Source: Meyerozyma guilliermondii (taxonomy: Eukaryota). Taken from it: a stretch of 64,000 nucleotides of DNA. Position 1 is the stretch's first letter, and every line of letters starts with the position of its first letter. Below are positions 55,659 to 64,000 of this stretch, one piece after another. Made by a program: the position numbers and the translations under genes. Where the stretch lies: contig CP128822.1 of assembly GCA_051546255.1 (NCBI GenBank), forward strand, positions 124,001-188,000, written 5' to 3'. Below the pieces are notes generated by a model that was given only the letters and a program-made list of their open reading frames with translations, was not told the DNA's origin and searched no databases.

Positions 55659-56312
55659 TTAGTAGATTCTGAAAGAAGGACCCATGGTGGACTTGATGAC
55701 CAAAGAACCAACGTTTTGCCAGTTCTTCTTCAACAAGGAAACCAAAAAGTTAGCAGCCATCATGATTTGGTTGGTCAAGACATCTTCGTCCATCTCAACG
55801 TTACCAATAGCAACAGCCAAACACAACACCTTCTTCAATTGGAACTTGATGGTGGACTTGACATCGGTAACCTTGGAGTACAAGTCATCGTTGTGCGAAA
55901 CTGGAGTTGGGAACTTACCAGCCTTGGACAATTGAGGACCCAACAATCTTGGAACCTGCTTGATCAACACTTCGGAAGCAATGAAAGAGTTGTACTTCTT
56001 GGCCAACTTCTTGATGAGCTTCTTGTTCTTGTTCAACTTTTTCAAGTCATCCACGGACATGGCATCAACACCAACAGACTTGGCTCTGTCAACATCGAAA
56101 GCGTCACCAAAGATACAGATGGTCATGTTAGGTCTTGGGACCTGAGGCAACTTCAAAGAACCCGAGAAACGCTTGTCTCTTTGAGGGTCGTAGTTCTTCA
56201 AACCAACTTGCAACTCAACGGTTTCCAAAAAGTTTCTCTTCTTGGTGTCATTGGAGTAGGCCAACAACTTCTGGACGTTCTCACGGACGTGAGAGGTGGT
56301 GATCTTTGACAT
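55659..56312 (-). CDS. RPL1: 60S ribosomal protein uL1
   Basis: [45 protein letters not shown]; 217 aa, no intron. Confidence 0.99.
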   Translation of the reverse strand: MSKITTSHVRENVQKLLAYSNDTKKRNFLETVELQVGLKNYDPQRDKRFSGSLKLPQVPRPNMTICIFGDAFDVDRAKSVGVDAMSVDDLKKLNKNKKLIKKLAKKYNSFIASEVLIKQVPRLLGPQLSKAGKFPTPVSHNDDLYSKVTDVKSTIKFQLKKVLCLAVAIGNVEMDEDVLTNQIMMAANFLVSLLKKNWQNVGSLVIKSTMGPSFRIY

Positions 56313-56496
56313 TTTTCGTCTCCCAAATTGATTTGGTAAATTAACTGATTCGACGAGGATGAAAAATTTGCAACAAAAAAAATTTGAGAAAAATGTCCAG
56401 CGTGCGCGAACCGCTAATGCGTGTGCAAACCAAGCTCGCTCTCGAGTTTCGCAACTTTCCACATCGGTGCACCTCTCCATATACCAACGTGGAGCC

Positions 56497-57414
56497 ATGA
56501 AGGTACGCATATTTGTGCGCCATTATGCGCGCGGCACGGTAGTTGGCGATATAAAGGTTCCTGGCAAAAAGCCCACACGAGCCGACAGGATCAATCGTTC
56601 GAATATGGCGTCACATGCTAAATTGTATCATTTGGATAACCAATTTAAACTTTTCAATCCTCTGATTAATACTGTTTTGGATGTTGGATTTGTTCCTGGT
56701 AACTGGTCCCAGTTTGCAAAGTTTCGATTATGTCAGGTACATGGCTTGGAAGAGTCGCAATTTAGCTCAAAGTGCCATATACTTGGATTTGATATGCTAT
56801 TTGGACAAGGTCCATTTGGAGTTTCAACCATGCAAGGAGATATTTATTCCAATTCCAGTCATATTGGTATACAAAATCACTTTCGTGAACAGTACGTACA
56901 AAGACTTCAGCGGAACAAATCGGCTGAGCCAGAAGCATACTTTGCCAAAGAACAACAGCAGGTAGAATTGGTATCTGAGTTGCAAAAATTAAACATAAAT
57001 CTGGATTCTGACTGGAAACCTCAATTGATGATGTCGGATTTGGCAGCGCCGTTTCTTCAGGACCGTGGCTTTTTCAATAATACTCAAACAAGACCATATA
57101 TGAGAACCGGGGCACATGCAAATCTCGGTCGACCGTCCAAAGGTGACTTGAAATCATATTTGGATCTAGCCGATGCTGCTTTGGTATTAGCATGCTCTAC
57201 GCTTGCTAAGAAAGGACTGCTTCTTCTAAGATTAGCAAAAGTTTTTGATAATGATCCAGAATTGGCATTGTTGCATCAACGGCTTGGACGAGTATTCAAG
57301 CAGGTGACGCCATGGGCTTCTGAATCTGCTGTAAGACAGCATAATATTCAAGAACGTTTCTTTGTTTGCCAAGGAAAGTTGAATGATACCGTAGAGCCCA
57401 AAACCATTTGGTGA
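56497..57414 (+). CDS. MRM2: FtsJ/RrmJ-family methyltransferase, divergent Mrm2-like
   Basis: [41 protein letters not shown]; presequence-like start at ATG 56497. Confidence 0.7.
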   Translation: MKVRIFVRHYARGTVVGDIKVPGKKPTRADRINRSNMASHAKLYHLDNQFKLFNPLINTVLDVGFVPGNWSQFAKFRLCQVHGLEESQFSSKCHILGFDMLFGQGPFGVSTMQGDIYSNSSHIGIQNHFREQYVQRLQRNKSAEPEAYFAKEQQQVELVSELQKLNINLDSDWKPQLMMSDLAAPFLQDRGFFNNTQTRPYMRTGAHANLGRPSKGDLKSYLDLADAALVLACSTLAKKGLLLLRLAKVFDNDPELALLHQRLGRVFKQVTPWASESAVRQHNIQERFFVCQGKLNDTVEPKTIW

Positions 57415-57470
57415 CATTGGTAACAGTTGGTGACAATTGGTAACAAATGGTAACAAATGGTAACAATTGG
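57408..57470. repeat. About 6 copies of a 10-bp minisatellite TGGT(A/G)ACAA(A/T)
   Basis: ttggtgacattggtaacagttggtgacaattggtaacaaatggtaacaaatggtaacaattgg, spanning the MRM2 stop codon. Confidence 0.85.
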
Positions 57471-57550
57471 TCTGTATAGAACCACAGTATAGAACTATTA
57501 CGAGACACGACGATTCCGATTATCAATGACATTTACACTTTTCTCCTATT

Positions 57551-60253
57551 CTACTCTGCTTCTTCCTCTTCTGCTTCTTCTTCAGCTTCTTCTTCAGCTT
57601 CCTCTTCCTTTTCTTCTTCCTCTTTCTTCGTTTCCGTCTCTTCCTTCGCTTCTCCGTTCAAATCAATCAAACTTTCCGATAACGCACCGTTGGAAGCCTC
57701 GGGTCCAAGAAGCCTGTCGGCAACTTTTTCACGCCCACTACTGGCCAAAGTCTTTTTCCATTTTTCCAAAGCCTCGTCAACTTTGGAACGATCGCTGCCG
57801 TAGTTGACTCCCAAAAACGCAGCTTCAGTATACCTTTCACTCTTAAGTAACAAATCGACGCATGCATCTTTGTCCCCCGTGAGCCATCTGGCTTGCCAGG
57901 CAATATTATAACGACCTTTTTCTTCGCTATCAATAGCGAGTTGCGACAAAGCCTTGATATTATTGCTCGAAGAGAGCAACAAGAGCAACGAAGCATGGTC
58001 GTTCGCAGCAGTATAACAGTCCTGAGCAAGTTTAATGTTCCAGTTCGTGAGTGCGAGATCACCCAACTTTTTCCACTTTGTTGCATTGGCCAATTTTGTA
58101 GATGGGTTTTCTGTTTCGTACTTGGAGAGCAAACTGTAAGCCTGGGTCAAGTTCTTACTTGTGATGGAAATCAGGAACTTGGAGTCGAAATCTTGCGAAA
58201 GTGAATATGAAAGGGAAAGATAACCGAGTTTCTCAAAAAACCGTGATAATTGATTGAGTTCGGTCTTGTTGAACCCAGAAAGCAAATTGGCATAGTCTTC
58301 TGGGAGCTTATCTTCATGTACTGAAGCAAGATCTGGCACTTCTTCTCCTTCGTCATTGACGGTCTTTGTCGCTAATTGTTCCAAGTCGCCTCTCATGACC
58401 AAAGTCTGCAATTCCAACACATCGGAGTTGAGGAACCAAGATATCACATTGAATGACTTGTCGATCAAGTACAACTTATTTTCTGCAGTACGGTAGCCCA
58501 CAATGAAGAACTTGTGATCAAAGTGACCCACGTTAATGACTTCACCACCCACGAAATAGTTGAGTCTGTTGGTGGTACCGGTGGTGTACACAAAAACATC
58601 ACCAACAAAAATTCCCAGCAAGATTGGCTCCGAAGTTGGCAAAGTGTACCAAACGTCAAAGGCGTCTTCTGCACCTTCCTCTGGATCCAATTCATCAGCA
58701 GCGACCGCGGCTTCGAAATTTTCATGGTTATAGGTGAGAAAATATGTATCGTTTTTAGAGGCCAGAGAAGATTGTTGACCAGCGGATCCTGAAGAGGTTA
58801 TGATGGCGACCAACTCTCCGTTGTCCAGCCACACAACATCCAAGATGTCGTCTTCGATATCGACCCGACGAACTAAGAGACCTTGTTCCCAATCATAAAA
58901 CGAGATACAACCTTCCAGCTTGATACCCAAAAGAGCCCCAGCAAACAACTTGTCTGCTTGGTAGATGAGATCAAGAGCAAGGTGCTCTTGCAAGTTTTTG
59001 AAGATCTTTACCAGCAACTGAGATTCGCGGATTGCAAAGGTAGTTGCATTGGAAGCGTCATGAGAATTCCAACAGAAGTCAAGTGCCTTACCGTAAGTTT
59101 TGGAACGCCACGCCAAAGCCGTGTAGATGATGTATTCACCGTCACCACAAACAGCGGCGTAGCGGCCATTTGGAGAGTGTGAAAGCAGTTGAGGGTATAT
59201 TTCAATCAGTCCCAATTCACGTTGCTGGAGCGGCAAAGTCTCGCCATCTTTAAAGCCTTCCAGAGTCGATGGCTTGATGACGGACTGGAACACATCGGAG
59301 TTTTTGGCGTATACCAACTTTGCGTTTGAGTCCATGGAGAAAAGTGGTTCTTCGTTACCCAACTTGATAAGCACGTAACCGGTGTCACAACCCACGGCGA
59401 TCAAATTTGACTTTTGCAAGATGCCAATACACCATACTCTTTCCAACGAGTAGTTGACGGATTTCTCAAGCTTGAACGTGTTGGAGTTCCAGAACCGAAC
59501 GGTGCCGTCTTCGGAACCAGAGATAATCACCGGCAGTTCAGGGTGGAAAATGGCAAACGAAACATTGGAAAGATGGCCCTCCAACGTTGCCACACACGAC
59601 TTGGTTTGATAGTCCCATACTTTGATCGTCTTGTCATCGGACGTGGTTATCAAGTATGGTTTATCTGCCTGAGGATAGTAGTCCACGTAATTGACCCCCT
59701 TCGCGTCGTGGGCCACCAACGTGAAGTTTGGTTGCGAGGCGCCCAACAGCCAGATCTTGACGGTGCGATCAAGACACGCCGAGGCAAACGTGTTGGGGTC
59801 CTTAGGGTTAAAATTGACACTCATCACGAAATGCTGATGTCCCTCGAAAGTCTGCTCCAATTTCCAGCCAGTCTCCCAGTTCCACAACCGGATCGTCAAA
59901 TCGTCAGACGACGTAAGAACATATGGCTTCGAAGGATGAACCGCAATGGACCGAATGTAGTCTGGGTGTGCTTCATATTGTGCCACTTTTTCTCCAGTAT
60001 TGTAGTTGTACACTCGAAGATGGAAGTCGTCGGCACCCACAACAATCCAGTTCTTTCGGGCAATAAATTTTCCTGCTCTGACTGGCATTTCAGACACCTG
60101 AATGGACTTGACGAGAGTGTTGGTGGCATAGGACCAAATTTCAACCTTACCATTATAAAGCGTGGTAAGCACCCACGGCTCCAGCGGGTGAAAATCTATG
60201 CCTTTCACACGTTCTGACCTCGTCAGAAACTGTTTTAGCACGTCCAACTGCAT
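57551..60253 (-). CDS. SEC27: COPI coatomer beta' subunit
   Basis: RSERVKGIDFHP, FIARKNWIVVG, AHPDYIRSIAVHP, WD40 repeats, YTALAWR; acidic tail. Confidence 0.98.
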   Translation of the reverse strand: MQLDVLKQFLTRSERVKGIDFHPLEPWVLTTLYNGKVEIWSYATNTLVKSIQVSEMPVRAGKFIARKNWIVVGADDFHLRVYNYNTGEKVAQYEAHPDYIRSIAVHPSKPYVLTSSDDLTIRLWNWETGWKLEQTFEGHQHFVMSVNFNPKDPNTFASACLDRTVKIWLLGASQPNFTLVAHDAKGVNYVDYYPQADKPYLITTSDDKTIKVWDYQTKSCVATLEGHLSNVSFAIFHPELPVIISGSEDGTVRFWNSNTFKLEKSVNYSLERVWCIGILQKSNLIAVGCDTGYVLIKLGNEEPLFSMDSNAKLVYAKNSDVFQSVIKPSTLEGFKDGETLPLQQRELGLIEIYPQLLSHSPNGRYAAVCGDGEYIIYTALAWRSKTYGKALDFCWNSHDASNATTFAIRESQLLVKIFKNLQEHLALDLIYQADKLFAGALLGIKLEGCISFYDWEQGLLVRRVDIEDDILDVVWLDNGELVAIITSSGSAGQQSSLASKNDTYFLTYNHENFEAAVAADELDPEEGAEDAFDVWYTLPTSEPILLGIFVGDVFVYTTGTTNRLNYFVGGEVINVGHFDHKFFIVGYRTAENKLYLIDKSFNVISWFLNSDVLELQTLVMRGDLEQLATKTVNDEGEEVPDLASVHEDKLPEDYANLLSGFNKTELNQLSRFFEKLGYLSLSYSLSQDFDSKFLISITSKNLTQAYSLLSKYETENPSTKLANATKWKKLGDLALTNWNIKLAQDCYTAANDHASLLLLLSSSNNIKALSQLAIDSEEKGRYNIAWQARWLTGDKDACVDLLLKSERYTEAAFLGVNYGSDRSKVDEALEKWKKTLASSGREKVADRLLGPEASNGALSESLIDLNGEAKEETETKKEEEEKEEEAEEEAEEEAEEEEAE

Positions 60254-60781
60254 GATGAAGTTGACACGATTGGACTTGTTTCGCGGTTGAGGGTGGAAAT
60301 GTTGATGGGTGCACTGGGTGTGTTGTGTGCAGGAAGACTTGGAAAGAAAGAGAATTGAGATTGAGGCCTTGGGAAGGAGGGAATGGTGTGTATACGAGTG
60401 TATATGAGTTTGAGATGGTGCCTCTTGAATTTTGTGGATTTTTGTTCCTTAGTTGTGGATTGGTGGTGGATAAGTATTTGCATCCATACACCATGTATAC
60501 CTGATTCAAAGTGGGCTTACCTACGATTTACAACTTAGTTGAAAAATTGAGATTAAAGTGTCTAACTTTGATTTTACTCTTCTCGCTGGTTGTTTTTCAA
60601 ATTGCAAATTTTCAATTTTCATATTTTCATTTTTCGTAATTTTCACACTTTACATTTTTCACATTTTTCACAACTGGAATTTTCACTTAGCAAGTTTCAT
60701 AGATTCAGTTTTCTACCATCAAGTCAGCTTACAGTTCTTACATCTGCATTCTTTTTCGTCTCACTTCACTTGTATAATTCT

Positions 60782-62551
60782 TCAGTACACTCTATGCACT
60801 CCCTCTCTTCTATCCTCTCTATACTGCTTTTCCAACACCTCAGCTTGTCCCGCATAATTATTCCACTTTTGCTTAAACACCTTGTCTGAGAACTTGTCGA
60901 GGACAAGGTTTCGGCCCACTTTGCGCATTTCGTCCAATTGTTCATTGTCCTGAAGATGTGTTAAAAGTTGCGAAAAAGTAGGGTATTTTATTTCACCAAA
61001 TTTCAAAAATTCACCGTCGATTTCACCATCAAAGTCTGGATCCTCCTTGCATTTGAAGAAAAACCCACTGTCACTGCTCCAGCCCGAGGCAACACTGCCA
61101 TTTTTATTAGTAGCCAAATCAAGCAATGGACCCGCAGAAGCATGCACCAACGGTATGGCACCCAGTGCCATATATTCCACCACACAAATGCCAAAATGCT
61201 CATTCCACATTGCGTCAATACCATACTTGGCGCTCGAGAGCCATTGACCCAATTCTTCATAGGAAGAGTCTTGAACAAACTCCACATATGCTTCGAGATC
61301 CAAGTCTTTCACTTTGGTTTTGAGAGCTTCAAGTGTAGCTGTATCGTCTTTTGTACGACAAGAACCAAGGAACACCAACGTAGGAAGCGATTTTAATGGC
61401 TGGTGAGACTTTTTGAAAGATTGAAGGTATTGTGCGTATTCCTCAAGTACCACCAGATGACGTTTTTCTGGGCGAAATTGAGCAACATACAAGATAATGT
61501 TTCGCTTTGTGTTTTGACCTTGAGCTGTAGATTCGGTGCCGCACGGAGGATACAAGATCTCCATGGCTCCGAGGTTCCATGACCATACCAGCTGAAGATG
61601 GTTCAACGTCCAAGTTCCATTAGTGAGAGTTATGTCCACCAACGATCCCAAATATTTATAAAGATAATATAAGGATGTCCAGTAGAACAACTTGGCAACT
61701 GCCAATGAGTTTTGCAACGATGGAGTAAAGGTTTTCAAATCAGCAAATGACTTGTACCGGAGTTTCCCGAACATTTCTGACTGGAGAACAGGGTAGTGAA
61801 CATATGCCACAATTGGAATTTTGAGAGCCAGCGAAACAGCACTGTAACTTCCGGGCAACCCCATTGTGTCCACCCAAATATCAGGCGAAAGCTCGAACAT
61901 GGCTTCGAGGGAAAGAAGAAACAGACCCAACATCTGCCCCACCAACGTGAGTCTAGGCCAAGATTTGTCATCTATCCACAGTCCAAATCGGCGCAAGTAT
62001 ATGAATACAACACGGGAAGAGTCAATTCCTCCGGTGTGGAATTTTGACTGAGCCTTTTCTAAAATTGCCAATGGCTCGGCGTCCAAATTGGTGGTGTAAA
62101 TTGCAACAATATTTCTGCGGTCAGCAAGAAGCGTAGCCGCCACTGCGTTCCAAAGAACTCTTTCACCACCTCCACCATTGTTGGCGTACGGGTGGAAAAA
62201 ACCATAGATAATTCTTCGATTGACATCATTTGTTTCTCTTCTGGTCATGGAATCCAAGAACAGATTGCCCTCGTTCTGCTTATCTTCCGGCAAGATCTTG
62301 AGTTTGTTGTTCACGTAGTTGGTGTAAAACGAAGGCTGGGCACTGGCAAGGATGAGCCGGCGACGATAACACAGTCGTTTGTTGCCAACTTTGAGATAAA
62401 TCGCCATTGGATGATTCATCACTTTTTGGATTTTTTCCTTCCAGTCATGAGGTGGAACCAACAAAAATCTAGGGAGAGCTACTCCGATAGCCTGGTAGAG
62501 GATGTAGGCGACCACGGCCACAAACCCTAGGAGAGTGAGAAGAAGGGACAT
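60782..62551 (-). CDS. ALG11: Alpha-1,2-mannosyltransferase Alg11
   Basis: N-terminal TM, GFFHPYANNGGGGERVLW, PDIWVDTMG, YVHYP, AQFRPEK, MWNEHFGICVVE. Confidence 0.97.
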   Translation of the reverse strand: MSLLLTLLGFVAVVAYILYQAIGVALPRFLLVPPHDWKEKIQKVMNHPMAIYLKVGNKRLCYRRRLILASAQPSFYTNYVNNKLKILPEDKQNEGNLFLDSMTRRETNDVNRRIIYGFFHPYANNGGGGERVLWNAVAATLLADRRNIVAIYTTNLDAEPLAILEKAQSKFHTGGIDSSRVVFIYLRRFGLWIDDKSWPRLTLVGQMLGLFLLSLEAMFELSPDIWVDTMGLPGSYSAVSLALKIPIVAYVHYPVLQSEMFGKLRYKSFADLKTFTPSLQNSLAVAKLFYWTSLYYLYKYLGSLVDITLTNGTWTLNHLQLVWSWNLGAMEILYPPCGTESTAQGQNTKRNIILYVAQFRPEKRHLVVLEEYAQYLQSFKKSHQPLKSLPTLVFLGSCRTKDDTATLEALKTKVKDLDLEAYVEFVQDSSYEELGQWLSSAKYGIDAMWNEHFGICVVEYMALGAIPLVHASAGPLLDLATNKNGSVASGWSSDSGFFFKCKEDPDFDGEIDGEFLKFGEIKYPTFSQLLTHLQDNEQLDEMRKVGRNLVLDKFSDKVFKQKWNNYAGQAEVLEKQYREDRREGVHRVY

Positions 62552-62755
62552 GGAGAGAAGAACAAATAAGTCAATAATTCGGTCAGTGCGATAATTCGGT
62601 CAAGTGCGCGATAGTTACATAAGCCATCGCGATACCGGCGATACGCCATCGATACGCCGCCATCGATACACCAGCTGTCAGGGCAATATGGCTTACCTCA
62701 GCACGTCCCATTTGGTTAAATTGTCTACGCGTTCGCAAATTATTCTCCTTTTCGA

Positions 62756-64000
62756 ATGCACAAGCTTCGAGAGAAAAACACCGGTGTTTCTCCCTCCTCT
62801 GGCAATACTTCGCTGCCCACCTCAGAAATGGACGACAACTCATCCTCTTTGGCAGGGTCTGGAGGCGGAGCGGTGGGAAAACCAAAAACCCCCTTGCGCA
62901 AAGATGAGCTAGAAAGAATAGCCCAACAATTAAAAAGAAGACTTCTGAAAGCTTCCATCACCGCTAAGCAAGCCAAGACCCCAGACCGGACCGCGTCGGC
63001 CATCTCGTATGCCTCGTTGCACACGGGGGTGGCAAACGACGGGTCAGCAACCAGAACTTCTGCGACCAGCACCGCGTCGTCTGGGTCGGCAATTCGGTCC
63101 CGCCAGCACAAGTCGCCGTCAGTGAATGGTATTCTCTCGTCGTCACCCATAGACCTCTACTCGCCTTCGGGCAGGTCTCCTACCCATATGAGAACGCCGT
63201 CGGCGTTATACAACATGCGTCGCAATAATGGCAGCGATTCGTCGCTTTTGGGGTCGCCGTCGCGCGGCCGGACGGGAACGACTTCGGGAACAGTTTCGGG
63301 AACGGCTTCGGGAACCACTTCTGCAGCTACTACGGTTTCTGCTCCGGCTTCTGCTTCTGCTTCTGCTTCAGCTTCGGCCAAACAACCCCAGATGGTGCTC
63401 CAGGAGCTCGCACCGTCAACCCCCGGCAAACACCACGACGGGGCGCTGGACGCTCCCACCCTTGAGCCTTCGCCGGTGCTCAATTCCACCAGCAACCCGC
63501 AAACAACCCCGACTCTTCCCAAGAAACAGCTCGCAACTCTGTTGCTCCAGACCCCCACCCAGCCTCAGCGCACGCCCAGAAATGGCAATGGCAATTTTAA
63601 CGACACAGAGGGAGCGGATCTTCTCATGTACCTCGCCACCTCACCGTCGCCAGCACGATCCTTCACCACCAGCTCCAGCAAGTACAACGGTGGAAACCAC
63701 TCCGCCAACGGAACGTCGCACAACTTTATTGCCCCACCTCCACTCACTCCAAAACGGCCCCACGTAATCAACTCGAAAACCCCACAGCGCCTCACCCCGC
63801 TGGTGAATCTTCTCAGCACATTCAACGCAGCCGGATTGCCGTCGTCGGCACTCACACTCACGCCGGCTGGGTTTAATATGAACGATTATGTCAACTTTTT
63901 CACACCTTCTCCTGGAGCAGCGATGGCTGCAAAACCAGTGCCTAGAACCCCTGATGTCTCTGCCAAACAAGTTGACGGCAAAATGATCAATTTCGATCGC
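62756..64000 (+). CDS. STB1: Stb1-like G1/S (SBF/MBF)-Sin3 co-regulator, 5' part (runs off right edge)
   Basis: Missing from the ORF track. Manual translation gives ELERIAQQLKRRL(S)KA, EGADLLMYLATSPSP (near 63610) and TPAGFNMNDYVNFFTPSP; many SP/TP sites; MCB ACGCGT at 62727-62732. Start is ATG 62756 or in-frame ATG 62828. Confidence 0.75.
   Translation, partial: MHKLREKNTGVSPSSGNTSLPTSEMDDNSSSLAGSGGGAVGKPKTPLRKDELERIAQQLKRRLLKASITAKQAKTPDRTASAISYASLHTGVANDGSATRTSATSTASSGSAIRSRQHKSPSVNGILSSSPIDLYSPSGRSPTHMRTPSALYNMRRNNGSDSSLLGSPSRGRTGTTSGTVSGTASGTTSAATTVSAPASASASASASAKQPQMVLQELAPSTPGKHHDGALDAPTLEPSPVLNSTSNPQTTPTLPKKQLATLLLQTPTQPQRTPRNGNGNFNDTEGADLLMYLATSPSPARSFTTSSSKYNGGNHSANGTSHNFIAPPPLTPKRPHVINSKTPQRLTPLVNLLSTFNAAGLPSSALTLTPAGFNMNDYVNFFTPSPGAAMAAKPVPRTPDVSAKQVDGKMINFDR

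Noticed and set aside
55575..56309. 244-aa plus-strand ORF
   Set aside because: Antisense shadow of the highly codon-biased RPL1; no motifs.
59414..60217. 267-aa plus-strand ORF
   Set aside because: Antisense to the SEC27 WD40 region; no recognisable domain.
62574..62670. Short ATAATTCGGTCA and CGATAC repeats between ALG11 and STB1
   Set aside because: Short degenerate units without spacer structure; likely slippage and not CRISPR-like.
62740..63970. Several short ORFs on both strands at the right end
   Set aside because: Explained as alternative frames of the long open STB1 frame.

Overview
Gene-dense eukaryotic DNA from a budding yeast of the CUG-Ser (CTG) clade. In-frame CTG codons fall on conserved Ser positions, introns are few and about 45 nt, and a Meyerozyma-like identity is only my inference. 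Most of the window is housekeeping genes: TEL1 (5' part), GCV1, ACM1, CBP3, ITC1, PRP45, PGC1, NPY1, MRH4, RSM23, NIP7, PUS1, HRR25, IPL1, SGF73, TYW1, ALG2, SAR1, LSG1, RPL1, MRM2-like, SEC27, ALG11 and STB1 (5' part). Between CBP3 and ITC1 (about 7.2-25.0 kb) lies an 18 kb accessory island: an aldo-keto reductase, a Zn2Cys6 transcription factor, an SDR that may be of bacterial origin, five tandem Old Yellow Enzyme paralogs with diversified active sites, an Acr3/ARR3 arsenite exporter and an ADH6/7-type dehydrogenase. Its promoters carry Yap1/Cap1 sites and repeated CGG-type motifs, so it is a candidate self-regulated electrophile (enal/enone) detoxification cluster. Other points of interest are an ambiguous dual 5' splice site and dual-frame first exon in PUS1, an 88-nt hairpin upstream of SAR1, and several orphan small ORFs. 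All identities come from motif recognition; no database search was run.
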